64,000 nucleotides of DNA, taken from Podarcis muralis (Eukaryota). The position numbers and the translations under genes were made by a program. Of this stretch, positions 49,715 to 63,211 are shown in pieces; positions within the stretch are counted from its first letter, which is position 1, and each line of letters starts with the position of its first letter. Location: positions 31,248,001 to 31,312,000 of the forward strand of contig NC_135668.1 in assembly GCF_964188315.1 (NCBI RefSeq). Reading direction: 5' to 3'. The notes under the pieces are model-generated. The model ran no database searches. It was not told the DNA's origin and saw only the letters and a list, made by a program, of their open reading frames with translations.

Positions 49715-49949
49715 GTACTTGGAGGGTGAAGTGAAGGGCGCTTCTGCAGCAGCTGTGCTAACATCTGGAACCATTGCTGTCTGGGATTTATTTTGGGGGC
49801 AGTGCACGGCTCTGCTGCCCCCCAACTCTGAAGGGAGCTGGTCTCTCGCCAGGTGGTCTGTCACTGACACTTGTCTGCTGGCTGGGCAAAAGGACGGCAG
49901 TGTTTACATTTACAGTTACACAACAGCTTTGAGGGACTCGCTTGGTTAG
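49715..49949 (+). CDS. PALB2: PALB2 exon 13 (last coding)
   Basis: [25 protein letters not shown]...[31 protein letters not shown]. Confidence 0.96.
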
Positions 49950-50625
49950 ATGAGTTAATTTGGACAAGATTTCCTGCACTTGAACAACATGTAAGGACTA
50001 GTGGATCCATTTCTCCGAAAAGTTGAATGCTTTCAAAAGTGTAATGAAGTGGCCTTAGGAGAAAGTTATATTCTGTTTATTCTGGCATTGCCAGTATAGT
50101 TGTGCCTGCTGGGGCCAATGGTAGTTTTATCCCAGAAGGCTGGTCTCAGGAATTGATAATGGGCACTTTGAATGTTTTCTCTGCATACCCCAATGGGCTT
50201 CCCTGGGCACAGCATTGTGCAAAATCTATTGTTCTTACTGTTCACCCTCTTGGGCAGGCTTTGAACTGTTAAAAACATTTTCTGGAGTGTCTTAAATGTA
50301 ATATTAAAATTTCTTTTTCAAAAAATGTATAAAGTTTTCTAGGTGACGGGTTATAAATTGCCTAAAATTTTCCAAGTGCTGTATGTGTATCATTGAAAGA
50401 TAAGACAGTCCATTCACCCAGCCTCACAGTGATAATAGACCCAATAGAAAAGGAAGAAATAATAGACACAACAGAAAAGGAAAAGGTAATGGGGAGGGAA
50501 GAAGAAAGCAAGTGTTGGAACAGCTAATCCTTTACTGTTCATTATGATGTCTCCCTCTCCATAATTATCCTCCTGGGCTGCAGAGAATGGTCTACAGATA
50601 GCTGGCATGAAAGTGGGATGGAGTA

Positions 50626-50876
50626 CAGTGGTACCTTGGTTCTCAAATTTAATCCATTCTGGGAGTCCGTTCGACTCCTGAAACGGTTCGAAAACCAAGG
50701 CATGGCTTCCGATTGGCTGCAGGAGCTTCCTGCACTCAATTGGAAGCCACAAAAGCCACGTCGGACGTTCAGCTTCCGAAAAACGTTCGCAAACCGGAAC
50801 GCTCACTTCCAGATTTGCGGCATTCGGGAGCCGATTTGTTCGGAAGCCAAGCCATTTGACTACCAAGGTACCACTG
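50626..50876. mobile_element. Tc1/mariner-type MITE (family B)
   Basis: TIR CAGTGGTACCTTGGT / ACCAAGGTACCACTG with TA duplication. Confidence 0.88.
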
Positions 50877-50897
50877 TATTTGAGATTTCAGGCACAC

Positions 50898-51222
50898 GTC
50901 TTCAAATTTCTAAAGGACTGTCTCTTGGAAGATGGAGCAAGTTTTCTCCTGCTCTGGAAGGTAGGACTTGAACCAATGGCTGCAAACTCCAAGAAAGGAG
51001 ATTCCAACTAACCTTCAGGAAAAAACTTTCTGACAGTAAGAGCTGTTTGTTTGACAGTTTGGAACGGTCTCCTTTGGAAGGTTGTACACTCTCCTTCCTG
51101 GGAGTTTTTTAAGCAGAGGTTGGATGGCCATCTGTCATGGATGCTTTAGCTGAGTTTCCTGCAATGTAGGGGTTGGACTAGATGACCTTTGGGTTCCTTC
51201 CAACTCTACAATTCTGATTCTA
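50898..51222 (+). mobile_element. CR1 LINE 3' fragment
   Basis: Homologous to 14860-15175 (FKFLKDC...GRTRTNG...; CCTTCCAACTCTACAATTCTG tail). Confidence 0.85.
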
Positions 51223-51499
51223 TGGGGGATCCCTGCCCTCCTCGGCACAAAGTAAGTAGAGAGGATCTGGGGTGTTGTACTGCACCTGACTGGTCCCTCC
51301 TGTTCCTACCCTCCTGCTGTCGTAGACTGAAAATTCTATTGACAAGAATGAGGCTTCCAGACTGTTACCCATAAAAAGAATGAAAAAAATCCTGGAGGTT
51401 TAGCATAATGCTAAATGTAATGATGAAAAAATGACTCCCTCTACAGTGAGAGTGGGGAAGCTTTGGCCCTCCTGATGTTACTCCCATCAGCCCTAGTAA

Positions 51500-51817
51500 A
51501 AAAGGTAAAGGTAAAGGACCCTTGGAAAGTTAAGTCCAGTCAAAGGCGACTATGGAGTGTAGCAGTCATCTCGCTTTCAGGCCAAGGGAGCCGGCGTTTG
51601 TCCATAGACAGCTTTCTGACTAAACCACAAGCCGGAGTGCACGGAAACACCATTTACCTTCCCGCTGCAGCGGTATCGATCTACCTGCACCAGCATGCTT
51701 TCGAATTTCTAGGTTGGCAGGAGCTGGGACAGAGCAACGGGATCTCACCCTGTCATGTGGATTGGAACCACCAACCTTCTTATCGGCAAGCCCAAGTGGG
51801 CCACCTGCGTCCCTTAC
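51500..51817 (-). mobile_element. Sauria SINE inserted in a hAT MITE
   Basis: (GGTAAA)n tail and Sauria body; TSD CAGCCCTAGTAA / CAGCCCTGGTAA (51488-51499, 51818-51829); MITE halves on both sides (~51450-51900). Confidence 0.85.
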
Positions 51818-52299
51818 CAGCCCTGGTAAGCATGGCCAATGACCAGGGATGTTGAGAGTTGTAGTTCAGCAACCTCTGGAGTGCCAAAGGTTTCCCACAC
51901 CTCTACAATGATCAGTGGGGGTGGGAGGCTGGTGTGTGTGTGTGTGCACATTCACACATGCACTACACAGCTACACCCTCTGCAGGCAGACCTCTTGGCT
52001 CATCTAGCTCCATATTGTCTGCCCGGGCTGGCAGTAATTCATCAGAAGAATATCCGCAGCCCTTTCTGGGACCATCTGCATGCAAAGGAGGTGCTGTCTG
52101 GCAGTGAAACTTAGGGCTGCAGGAGGAAACAGGGCAATGAGGCAGCCTGGAGGGCTATCGACGCTACTCCAGTTTTACTCGGAGTAGACCCATTGAAATT
52201 AACTGAGGTCCGTTACTTGTCATTTGAGTCACTGGACGGGGCAAGAGGAGGAGCCACCACATGAGCCTGAGGGGAAGGCGGGGCTTGCTTTGCATATGC

Positions 52300-52424
52300 A
52301 AACACGGCGCGCTGCATGCCGGGAGCCTCCCCTCCTCAATACCCTTGAAACCCGGCGGGCGAGCGGGCTGGCGCGGGGCATTGTGGGCGTCGGCGCAGGC
52401 GCACTCGCGGGGTCATCATGGCGG
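52300..52424 (+). promoter_or_regulatory. NDUFAB1: NDUFAB1 CpG promoter
   Basis: NRF1-type GCGCAGGCGCA 52393-52403; YY1-type ATCATGGCGG overlapping the ATG. Confidence 0.7.
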
Positions 52425-52603
52425 CCCGTGTCCTCCTGCTCTCCTCCACCTGCCTCCGCCGCCGGTGTTGCAGCGGGAGCCGCGGCTTCTTCTCCGCCTC
52501 CTCCTCACCGCTCGGACGTCTCAGCCTCCCGCTACCGCCCGCCTCCCGCCTCGCTTTCTTGGCCCCCCTCCTGCCGCCAGGACCCGCCAGGCTGACGCCG
52601 CAG
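52418..52603 (+). CDS. NDUFAB1: Mitochondrial acyl carrier protein, exon 1 (targeting peptide)
   Basis: MAARVLLLSSTCLRRRCC...RLTPQ | GTGAAG; Arg/Ser/Leu-rich presequence with no acidic residues. Confidence 0.92.
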
Positions 52604-53732
52604 GTGAAGAGCGCAGGCGGGAGCCCGTCCGGTGCAGCGCAGGGTTCGGCTTTGCGGGCCGCCCGGGATCCCGACGCGGGGGGTGGTCTGGAACCCAGCT
52701 CAGAGGATCGCGCAAGATTCGGGGTTTTTTCGTTTTCCTGCCCCGCCTTTCAACCAACAAATGGCCGAAAATAATGATATTAATTAACACAGCTAAAGCT
52801 GGATCAAGAATAGCGACAAAGAACGGGGTCAAAACCTGAAGCAGCACCGACTCCCCGCTGCATGAGGGTGGTGCCTCCCCCTCGTGGCCTTTCTTGGCCT
52901 TTTACTGCTGCCATGGGGAGATGATGCTGCTGCTGCTGCTGCTTCCTTGGTGGGGTAGTCCCAGTTTCGTTTATTCTTGCATTTGCTACCACTTTGAGGT
53001 TTAAAGCTGTTTTCGTTGTTGTTTTTTACAATCAAGCTTTATGTAAATTTTATGAAATAAATAAGTGAATCTATGTATGTGCCATGCCTCCCCTCCAAGG
53101 ATCTCAAGGTGGCAAGGATGGTTCTTCCATCTTGTTTTATCCTCGCAACAGCCCTTTGAGGAAGGTTCAAGAGAGAGAGAGAGACCAAGACCAGCCCAAT
53201 GTTGCCCAGTAAGCTCTGTGGCTGCATTGAGGATTTTGAACTTTAAGGTCTCCCTGGGCCTAGTCCAGCAATCTGGGCACTGAACCACACTGGCCCTGGA
53301 TTGTAGGCTGGGCTTCCTTCACAAGCACAAGGTGCTTTGCCATGAAATGGGAGATTTTATGTGCACACCAAGGCAGCAAATGCCCAGTGGAAAACCCCTT
53401 GCACTGCCCTCCCTGCTTTTGGAGTTCCCTGTGGCATCTGATCCCTAGGAATTATATTCTGAGATTCTGTTTTTCAGCCAAAGTTGTTTTTTTGAAGGCA
53501 CATTTAGTTTGCCACAAATTTTAGGGCTTGAGAATGATCTATCAGGCTCAGATTTTCAGGAGCTGTGTTTCAAAATCAAACATGCACACTGCAGTGTCTC
53601 TATCTATGAATATCTGGGGAGCTTTAATGACCAGTTCTTTTTAGGTGTCACCTGTAAAGAGTTAGTATTTCAGGTGAGCGTGCTGAGGATATTCCCAAAT
53701 CATGAAAAACATATTTCTGGCTTCTCCTATAG

Positions 53733-54044
<312 letters not shown>

Positions 54045-54308
54045 TGATAGGAAGAAAGTTGTCTCTCTGGCTTAATGAAACAAATGAGCATCCAGACACC
54101 AAGAGGAAATAGGAAATGAACAATAAGGGGGGGACAATTTCACTTTAAGATTGTCCAGTAATGGGAACAAAGTAGGAACAATGTTCTGGGCGGAGTGGAG
54201 AGAAGACCTCTATGTAGTAAAACCCAAATCTCCCTGGAGTCTTTGGCCCCTATTTTCTTACTTTTGACATTATTTGAATGGTTATGGACATTGTCCATTA
54301 TACCATAA

Positions 54309-54467
<159 letters not shown>

Positions 54468-56017
54468 TAGAATGTCACAAGGTCAGAGTGTGCCTGCTGT
54501 GGAGCTCAGTCTTAATTGAGAAAAAACAGAATTTAATACATAACAAAGTAACACTCCTGGGCAGTTGCTCTGAGCATCTGAGTTAGTCAGGCCTGGAATG
54601 CAGATGCTTTCGTCTTCCATAACATTGGCAACAGCCCACCTGGTGTGCCCTTTGATGTCTCTGTCACAATGTCAGGGAACATCAGCTCTGTGGCATTCCT
54701 TTGGCAAAGCAGTCTGGGCGTTCATTCTAGCAAGGAGAGCCAACATGCTGCTCTCCAGATGTTGCTGTGCTGTTACTTTCACCATCCCTGACTGGGCTGG
54801 GGCTGCTGTGAGTTGTAGTTTAACAACATCTGGAGAACACCATGTTGGCTACTCACACCATTATACGAACTGCCCAACTATGCTTTTAACGTGACAATCC
54901 TTTCATTCTCCTTAGATATGCACACATTTCCCTTTTCTCTCTTATTTGACCTTTTAGTATAAATTTACACTCACTTAGTTTCTCTCTATATTGGTGTTTC
55001 CCACAGTTCTCTGTGCTTCATGGCACATCGGTCATTACACCACTTCCTTGTCTTCAGCTCATCCATCTTGCACTGCTGTGCATACTGATATGTGATTTGG
55101 ACTTGTAGGAATTTATACCAGGTCAGATTATTTGTCTTTCAAGTCCAGTATCATCTACTCTGGCAGCAGTGCTCCAGAGCCTCCAGCAGAGAGAGACATC
55201 CCCATCAGCTGCTTCCCTGATCCTTTTAAGTACAGATGCCAGTAGCTGAACCAGGGACTACCTTCATCTAGGGGGGAAAAAGGGGGAGGGAGGTTTCTGT
55301 CACTGGGTTGTGGTCCATCTCCAGTTGCATTTCTGACAAGACTACTGGAAAAAGATGGAGCTCATGCATTTTAGCATATCCCAGCTTGCTGAACTCCTTT
55401 CACTTATATAAGGGGCCTAGTACGGTACACAAACTGCTACTTCTTTGGTGATCACTTGTAGCCATGTAAGATTGTCTTCCATTAATATGGTCTTAACAGT
55501 GAGTCTGTAGGTGACTGTGGAGGCCAATTCTGGATCCACACATCCTTTCACAGTGGGGCTATAGGTTTTTGGGTGGGAGTTTATCACTGTGAGGATTTGC
55601 CAAATGTGCCTTCCTCTTAGCACATTTCTGCCTTTCATCCTGAGTTTGTGCTTCTTCAAAGTCCATAACGCCTTTGTTAGAGGCTGTTCTTCAATTGGAG
55701 CACTCACAGGCCAGTGTTTTTCAGTTGTCGGTGTTTATACTACATTCTTACAGATTAGGGTACCCGAACTATAGTGACGCTCATTGCTAGTTGCATAAAT
55801 TGCTTCTGTTAAATTCCCTTTCCCTCCCCTTACTCTTTAGTAGCGCTTTAAGGAGTTTCCGGGAGAATCTCATAAGCAATGTGCTTACGAGCTGTTCTTG
55901 TATGTTTACACCCTGACTCCCAGGGGACACAGATCATTCTGTTAACTTTCCTGCACTACATGGCACCCCCTTTGCCCCTCCATTGGAAAACTACATCGTG
56001 ATCCCTTGTCTTGTTGA

Positions 56018-56155
<138 letters not shown>

Positions 56156-57015
56156 TTGTTTGTGTCGAGCTGAGTAAGTAGAGACTCCTGCTGGAAGGAG
56201 TGTGCAATGGTCTTGTGGTAGAAAACCTGCATGGAGTGATGCTCTCCTCATTCAGAGGGCATCTGATGCAAGGGAAGCAGAAGATGGATGTCTTGGGGAG
56301 GACTTCATGCTCTTCATTCAAAGGCATCAGCCTCTGCTAGATAGAGAATCTTGGGTAGCATGGAGCAGCCCCCATTAAAACTTATTTGGGATGGTGGATT
56401 CTTTGATTCATGTTTTGCTTGGGAAGGCCATGGGAGCCTGCTGCCTCTCCTCGCTGGCGTTACTACACTTGGCTTGAGGACACAACCCTCTATCTGTGTC
56501 TGTAATCCACCTTTCTGTGTTCATGGAATAAGCAACACGCAGCTGTGGGATGTTACTCTGGTGCTAAGGGAACACCATCCCCCTGTGATGTTGTCCTCCT
56601 GGAATTGAGGCTACTGCAAGCTGGCCTAGCACATTTTGCCAAATACAGAGGAGCACAGCAAAGGTCCTGTTATGCCTAGGTAGCTGAATGCCCCTAGAAC
56701 TTTTCTGGAAAAGGGAGCACTTTATTCTAAAGTAAAATGCAAGGCAAATTGCAAGAAGAGTAAGTGAAGGCTGTTCCAGAGTGGAGAGGCAGCAATAACT
56801 GGCATTGGAAGTTGAAAAGGTGACCTGGGGTGGGGGTAGAATGAGAGATTGAGTTTTAGCTCTATAACAACCTCCCTTTCCTTTATGATCAGTCAAAACC
56901 ATGTCAAAAGGAAGTGGAACCCCCTAGTTTATAAGGAAGTATTTCACTGTGTGTGTTACTTCTTGGTGATTTTTTGAGTTTCTAAGCCATACATGTCTCC
57001 CTCTCCCATCCACAG

Positions 57016-57195
57016 GCAACTCTGTTCTGTCCTGAGGGCTAGGATGATGTCAGCAGGAAGAGGGGACCGTGTCATGGAAGCTCTGTGCTGTATTGAATCA
57101 TCATTACGCTCAGAGGAATAGTCCTGTTGGCTGCTGTATTTAAAGCTGTGTAATATATGTTGGCCTCCAAAATAAAAAGACTGATACTGACTCCT
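57016..57195 (+). other. NDUFAB1: Probable non-coding 3'UTR exon 5 of NDUFAB1
   Basis: Donor TGA|GTAAGT after 56173; acceptor ctctcccatccacAG at 57014-57015; AATAAA 57171-57176. Confidence 0.7.
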
Positions 57196-57323
57196 TTATT
57201 CTGATTTTCACTGGTTCCAAACATGTGTGTATTATGTGTCTCAGGGTTAGGGTTACAGCTACATTTCCTGTTCTCTTCTGGTTAAGAGGTGTGGTCCTTC
57301 TCCCTACTTGCATCTGGGGAACT

Positions 57324-57460
57324 CACAGAATTGAAGAGTTGGAAGGGACTATGAGGGTCCTCTAGTCCAACCCCCTGCAATGCAGGAGTCTTTTGCCCAA
57401 TTGTGGGGCTCAAACCCATGACCCTGTGATGAAGAGTCTCATGCTCTACTGACCAAACTA
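57324..57460 (-). mobile_element. tRNA-Lys-derived SINE with CR1-like tail
   Basis: Reverse complement TAGTTTGGTCAGTAGAGCATGAGACTC...GGGTCATGGGTTTGAGCCCCAC (A and B boxes) plus a GGGGGTTGGACTAG...CCTTCCAACTC tail. Confidence 0.8.
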
Positions 57461-58862
57461 TGTTAAAGGCACCTCTTGGCTGCTGAGCCAAGAGGTGGGA
57501 GGAGCTCTTGAGCTCAGGTCAGACAAGGGGAACCTTTTTCAGGCTGAGGGCTGCATTCGAGGGGCCACTTGCCAGAGACAAAGGTAGGTGGAGCCATGAA
57601 TGTGAATTCTCCCTTTTGTACAGCAGGCTGATTTCTACACCCCCCCCTCTCTATCCTCCATCCAGACTTTGTGTCCAGAGTTCAAGGACACATTCCAGCC
57701 AGGCAGAAAAACTCAAGGAATGTGCTAAGCTGAGCTGGTGAGGGGTGAAACTATGGTTCAGGGAGGGTCCTGTGAGCCTTTGGCTTAGATGCTCTGCAAA
57801 GGCCCTCTGGAACCCCATGTATTCCGTGGCCAGGTCCTGCCCCAAAAGCTTTGCCCTGTTGGGACTTGCTCTGCTGTTGTGTTTGGAGCAGGGGCGTGGG
57901 GGTTTTGTGGCCTACCAGGAAGCCTTAGCACCTATCTGCCCCAGCCATGATGGCCAATGGCCAGGGATAGTGGGAGTTGTGGGCCAGCAACAGGCAGGAC
58001 CACACTGCACCCTTCCTTGAGCTAGCATGATGGGACGTAGTGGTGGCCAACTACTCAGCTACCAAGACTTCTTGCTCCTGCACAGCCAAGTGGAGGCGAC
58101 TTCTGGGTTTCCAAGCAAGGGAGAGGGATTGGGGTGGGGACACTTTTTCACATGCTGCTCTGGACAGCCACATAACAGTGATGGGCACACTGATGCCAGA
58201 GCTAATTTTCCCTCTGTACGGTAAGCTAGTTTCCCCACCTGTACCTTCTCCGCAAACAGAGGCATTGGAGAGTTCAAGGACACATTTCAGCCAAGGAGAA
58301 AGGAACATGGGGAGGGGGTGTGTGTTCCCTAGGGCCAGAGAGAGAAGCCTGAACTGTCTCTTTGCAGCTGGCCTGCTCGTCGGAGGCTCCGAGAGGGCCA
58401 GGGAGTCCCTGGGATTGAAGTCCCGAGCAGGGCGTCAGTCGAAATCCCCGAGCGCCTGCCCCGGAGAGGGCAACCAGGAGACCCCCTCGGCTGCTCTCGG
58501 CCCCACACGCCCCTCCCTCGAGGGGGAGGCGTGGGGAGTCAGGGCACTCTGCAGACGCTCAGAGAGCAACTTTTCCTCCCCACGTGCGCCGGCAAGCTCT
58601 GAGGCTGCTGCCTCCCTCGCCTCCTCCCGTCGTGCCACCGCGGGCGTCCCGGAGTTGGGGGCAGGCGGGGACTTCCCGTCTCCAAGCCGGGGGGCTCCGC
58701 TTTCCGGGTCTGGGGCGGCGGCGGCTGCTTCTCCGCCTCCTCCTTTTGTGCCCGCCGCGCGCTCGCTGGCTCGTGTCGCGCACGGGAGGTGGCGAGCAGG
58801 GCGGAGGGCTCCGCTTCCTGGCAGCGACGGCGGCGCGCTTCGGAGGGAGCCGGGCGCGCAGC

Positions 58863-58950
58863 ATGGACCTCCACCGCCGCCGCTGCTGCTGCTGCCTCCG
58901 CCGCCTCCGCTGCTCTCTCGTGGCGCTCCTGGCCCTGCTGGCCGCCGCAG
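58863..58950 (+). CDS. Unidentified gene exon 1 (signal peptide)
   Basis: gcagcATGG Kozak; MDLHRRRCCCCLRRLRCSLVALLALLAAA; donor G|GTAAGG (phase 1). Confidence 0.75.
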
Positions 58951-59054
58951 GTAAGGCGCGGACGAGGGGGGCGCGGGGTGGGCCGGGCGCTCCGTCGGGC
59001 ACCGCGGGGCACCGCGGTCTCCTCTCCTGCCCTCCTCTGTCTCTCTCCGCGCAG

Positions 59055-59312
59055 GGCGCTCCGGAGGCTGCGAGCAACGCCTGGACGCCTCGGCCGCCCC
59101 CGAGGGCCCCCCCTGCTCGGATCTCCTCCCCAGGCAGCCGCTCCCCGTCGAGGGGCAGGAGGCGGCGGCAGCGGCGGCCCTGCCAGACCCGCTGCAGGTG
59201 GACTTCGAGGGGGGCGGCCGGGAAGGCGGGCGGCAGCGTCGGCGGCCCCGCGGGGACCAGCAAGGCGCCGGTAGGACCCCTCAGCCTGGCCTCGCCATCA
59301 CCCCCTCCTCCG
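59055..59312 (+). CDS. Unidentified gene exon 2
   Basis: Pyrimidine tract plus gcAG acceptor; (G)RSGGCEQRLDASAAPEGPPCSDLLPRQPLPVEGQEAAAAAALPDPLQVDFEGGGREGGRQRRRPRGDQQGAGRTPQPGLAITPSS; donor G|GTAAGG; phase 1 to phase 1. Confidence 0.65.
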
Positions 59313-62300
59313 GTAAGGACCCCTTCCCTTTTTGTCCCTTCCCTCGAGAGGGCTCCAGAAGGTCGCCCGGCTGGCCATCGGTCTCGCTGTCCTTGGCATC
59401 GGGGAAGACCCCGCCCCGTCGGGTACTGTCTGCCGGGGGTGGGAAAGGCTTAGGGCGCTCTCTGCACACGCTCGGAGACCCGCTTCTCTCGGATGATGTT
59501 GTCAGTGCCCTCCAAAATCGGGCAACTGCCCTTCTTCGCCGACTGAGGTGCTGGGCACCGCTGGGGACGCTGGAGCCGAAGGTCGCCCGCTGGGGGAGCC
59601 AAGTGGCCCCAGGCATGGGGCAACCCAACAAGGCGTCTTGCTCACCCGAGGACCCTCCACACTCCACCACTTGTTGCCTGCCAGGAACTGCCAGCATCGG
59701 GTATCCCGTGTGGGTGGTGGAGATTTGGCAGGTCTGAACCTGGGGCTGGTGTGGGGAGGGTGAATTTGGGAGGCACTGGTGCTGCAGGGTGCCCCCATCC
59801 CAATTTTGATCACTGAAGTGGCTTGTCTGTGCCCACCCCCCAGATGTGTCTGGACTCCATCTCCCATCATCATCCTTGACTTTTGGCTGTGCTGGTTTGG
59901 GGTGATGAGAGCTCAGCATCATCTGGGAGCCACAGGGTAGCTCCCCAGCCCCCTGCTTCATGGAAGATACACCTGACATTCCAACAGGGAACATTTTTGC
60001 ACACCCCCAGTCATTAAGAAATTACTGCTCATCATTTAGGAAGATTTACATGCCACACTTAATTTTTTTTTTTAAATAGCTAAACTGCTTACATAATTAT
60101 GATGGCCGTGTGCAATACTGTAATTGTTTAGTGCATTCGAATGTTTACGGGGCTTTTCATATTTTGATCTCAACAACAGCCTAGTAAGGTAGGACAACAG
60201 CAGCAGCAGAGACAAATTTAGGGGAATGCTACCACACTGTGTGCGGAGCCGAGAGGGGGTGCTGCAGCAATGACAAACAACGGAAGGCAGAAAGTAGAAG
60301 GGGGTGCCAAATTTTAAAAAGAACATCAGAAAATAAAAAGAGCCTTCTGGATCGGGTCAGTGGCCCGTCTAGTCCAGCATCCTGTTCTCATAGTGGCCTA
60401 CCAGATGCCCCAGTAGGAAATGCATAGGCAGGACCCAAGCCCAAGAGTGCTCTTCCCTGCTCTGGTTTCCAGCAACTGGTATTCAGAAGCATAGCAGCCT
60501 CCATCTGTGGACAATGGAGTTCATAGCTTTAAAGCACCCGCAAGCACCATCCCCTTTAGATGGCCATGTGCATTTTTCCACTGGCTTCAATATGTCCCAC
60601 GCTGCTCTTGCTGCATTTCGGGAAACCAGCTGCTCCTTCTGCTAAGTGGGGAGGGGCCCGGACCTCCCCCCCCCAAGCCTTACCCTGGCAGCACGCCCAA
60701 AGGATAATGCCCGGCTGCGAAGCCCCATGTTCTTCCTAATGTCTGCCATGTTTTGGAGGCTGGTTGTGGCTCCTTCGTGGGGCAGGAAGGAGCACATGGC
60801 TCTTCGTTCTCCTCCCTTGCTATGTTCCAGGAGGGGTCTGATCTGCAGGGTGCTGCTCTGTCTACAGGTATCTGCACCTTTGCCGCCGCCTGTCCCCTTG
60901 ATCGACTCCTATCTCCACTCCAGAAAGACATCGTCTCACCTGCGAGGATGTATCTGTGTGGGTGTGCAGTTAGCTGCAGGCAGGTCTTTTGGGGTTGGTG
61001 CTGGCTTTGTGCCAGAGCTGGGTATCTTTCTTAGAGCTGCATTCCTAGACTGAGTAGAATGGAAATATTACGCAAGAGGAAAAAAGCAACAGAACCACAG
61101 TAGGAAGCAGCTGCCTCTGTGGGATCCCAGCAGAGCCGTTGGGGCTCCCATCCAGGGCTAACCTTCCTTCACAATCCCTAGATTAAATATGTCCCATCTC
61201 ATGCTTGCCTACCAACCCCAATGAAAACCTCTTGCTAGTGACCCAAACTCTCTTTTACCTTGCTTAGGGTTTTCGTCGATGGAGGAATGAAGCTCTCGCC
61301 CTTGACACATGGTTGTGTTTAGAAGAAAGCAATGCCAGACAAATTCATAGCACACTTATGTGGTCTAGATGCTCATCTCTAGGTTGGGATGGGAGGAGGG
61401 CAGCAAATTATGACTCTGTTCCTTTGGAAGAGTGTGGCTAGGCATGTACCTTCCTCTCTGTAAGACAAAGTGTGGGGAACATTTTTGAGCCTGAGGGCCA
61501 CATTGCCTTACGAGCAACCTTCTGGGGGCCACATGCCAGGTGTGGACAGAGTCGTGGGTCAAAGTGAGTGTGGCCAGAGGCAAAACAGCAGTTTCCACCG
61601 CCATTCCACACAAAAGTCAGATATTTCTGCACAGCTCTTGTCTTCCACCCAGGCAAGCAAAGTGACATCATTACACCTCAAGGGCACTTGAGGAGATGGC
61701 AAGGCAGGTGAGGGCCAGATAGTCATGGAGGGCCGTATTCTGCCCCCCGTCTCCAGGACAAGAGACGCAGGGCTGATACAATGCCCCTCTTTGATTGTTC
61801 AACCTTAGGTGGAGAGTAGGAGGGCAAAGGCTTCAAGGTTTTACTCAACTCTTAATCAGTGAGGTCATGGGCAGCCTAGACTGGCCCGGTGGTCTGGCTG
61901 CCAACTTAATATACCGCAGGCTCTTACTGGCCTGGGCTTATCTCTCTCAGTCCATCTGTATGAGTGACATGCAGTGCTCTAAGGACAACCTGGCTGCTTG
62001 GGGGGGGGGGGAGGAGGGAGGATTTTCCTTCCCCACTGGCAATCAGACGAGAAGTAGTCATTGTAAGCCTATCAGAGACTGATAACTATGGGGTGCATGA
62101 TGCTCTGCCTGAATCCAGATGTTCGCTATGATGGATGACATCACAGCTGTGTGTGTGTGGATGCAGGAAAGAGTAGTGGCACTTATCCTACAGTCGCTGA
62201 TGCACACCCTTCCTCATTCCCTGGGGTCTCTGCCTTCTGCTTTGCCCCCAGCCGTCAAGTCCTGTGTCTCGTATGTCAGTGTATGAATGCAGAGGATCCA

Positions 62301-62899
62301 GGAGTTCCTCGTACAAAACGTGGATTTCTTCCACAGCAGACACGATGCCAGCCTCCTCCTCCGAACCAGCCGTGTCAGATAGCGGTCTGTGCCAGAGAAA
62401 GCTCGTTGCCTTGGCAACACAGAGAGAGTGATGCAGAATATCTGGGTGGGTTGTCTTGAGTGCCTGTTCTGGATTATTAGCTGGGCTTCTGTTGAATATT
62501 CTGCCACTGAGACGGCAGCTCCAGAGCCATTCTTACCCAATAGCTATGCTGTGGCCCCTGGGAGGCTGGGGGGAGATTTCTGCCCCACCCCATGTTCTTG
62601 CATAAGGTTTCGGTTCCCAACTTCGTTTTGGGATTGAGAGCTGTGTAACTACGGTCCGGATGTGTGTGTGGTGTCCATTTGTGGTGCAGAAATCCGGTGA
62701 GAAGCAGGGCAGCTGCTCCACCCCCAAATCAGCAAAACCAGATCAAAAGCAAATCATTCATTCATTCTCTTTGTATGCTGCTTTTCCATGCTCAAAGCAG
62801 CTTACAACAAAGAAAAGAGGAGAGCATTTCAAAATCAAAGTGCAAAAATAATTTCCTAATAGCAACAAAACACCACAACAGTATAGAGAACACCAGACA

Positions 62900-62944
62900 A
62901 AAGCAAAGCAAAGCAAAACAAAACAAAACAAAACAAAACAAAAC
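62900..62944. repeat. (CAAAA/GCAAA)n microsatellite
   Basis: Pentanucleotide run. Confidence 0.85.
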
Positions 62945-62985
62945 ACTTCAGTGCTATAAATAGAGCAAGGTTGCATAAACAACTA

Positions 62986-63211
62986 CAGTGGTACCTCGGG
63001 TTAAGAACTTAATTCATTCCGGAGGTCCGTTCTTAACCTGAAACTGTTCTTAACCTGAAGCACCACTTTAGCTAATGGGGCCTCCTGCTGCTGCCGCGCC
63101 ACCGGAGCACAATTTCTGTTCTTATCCTGAAGCAAAGTTCTTAACCCAAGGTACTATTTCTGGGTTAGCGGAGTCTGTAACCTGAAGCGTCTGTAACCCG
63201 AGGTACCACTG
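62986..63211. mobile_element. Tc1/mariner MITE (family A), inverted relative to 19246-19471
   Basis: Same 226-bp length, TIR CAGTGGTACCTCGGGTTA and TA duplication. Confidence 0.9.

Larger units (their letters stand above)
58370..59720. promoter_or_regulatory. CpG island spanning promoter and exons 1-2 of an unidentified gene
   Basis: Very high GC and CpG density. Confidence 0.8.

Noticed and set aside
57243-57254. GGGTTAGGGTTA telomere-like motif
   Set aside because: Only two units, as expected by chance.
57324-57460. tRNA-Lys-like sequence as a tRNA gene (also 12870-12907)
   Set aside because: Mutated arms and fusion to a CR1-type tail identify SINE heads; no functional tRNA gene is supported in the window.
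58863-59312. Calling the unidentified gene ERN2 or UBFD1 on synteny
   Set aside because: The exon 2 peptide lacks the ERN-type LLFVSTLDGSLHA luminal motif, and UBFD1 has no signal peptide.
58040-59994. Several 150-300 aa ORFs on both strands over the CpG island
   Set aside because: GC-rich shadow ORFs; only the spliced signal-peptide model has Kozak, splice and phase support.
60830-62460. Candidate extra exons at ~60830-60960 and ~62252-62445 of the unidentified gene
   Set aside because: The acceptors at 60830 and 62251 give stops in phase 1; an alternative acceptor near 60868 is open but has no convincing donor or recognisable product. Left unresolved without RNA data.
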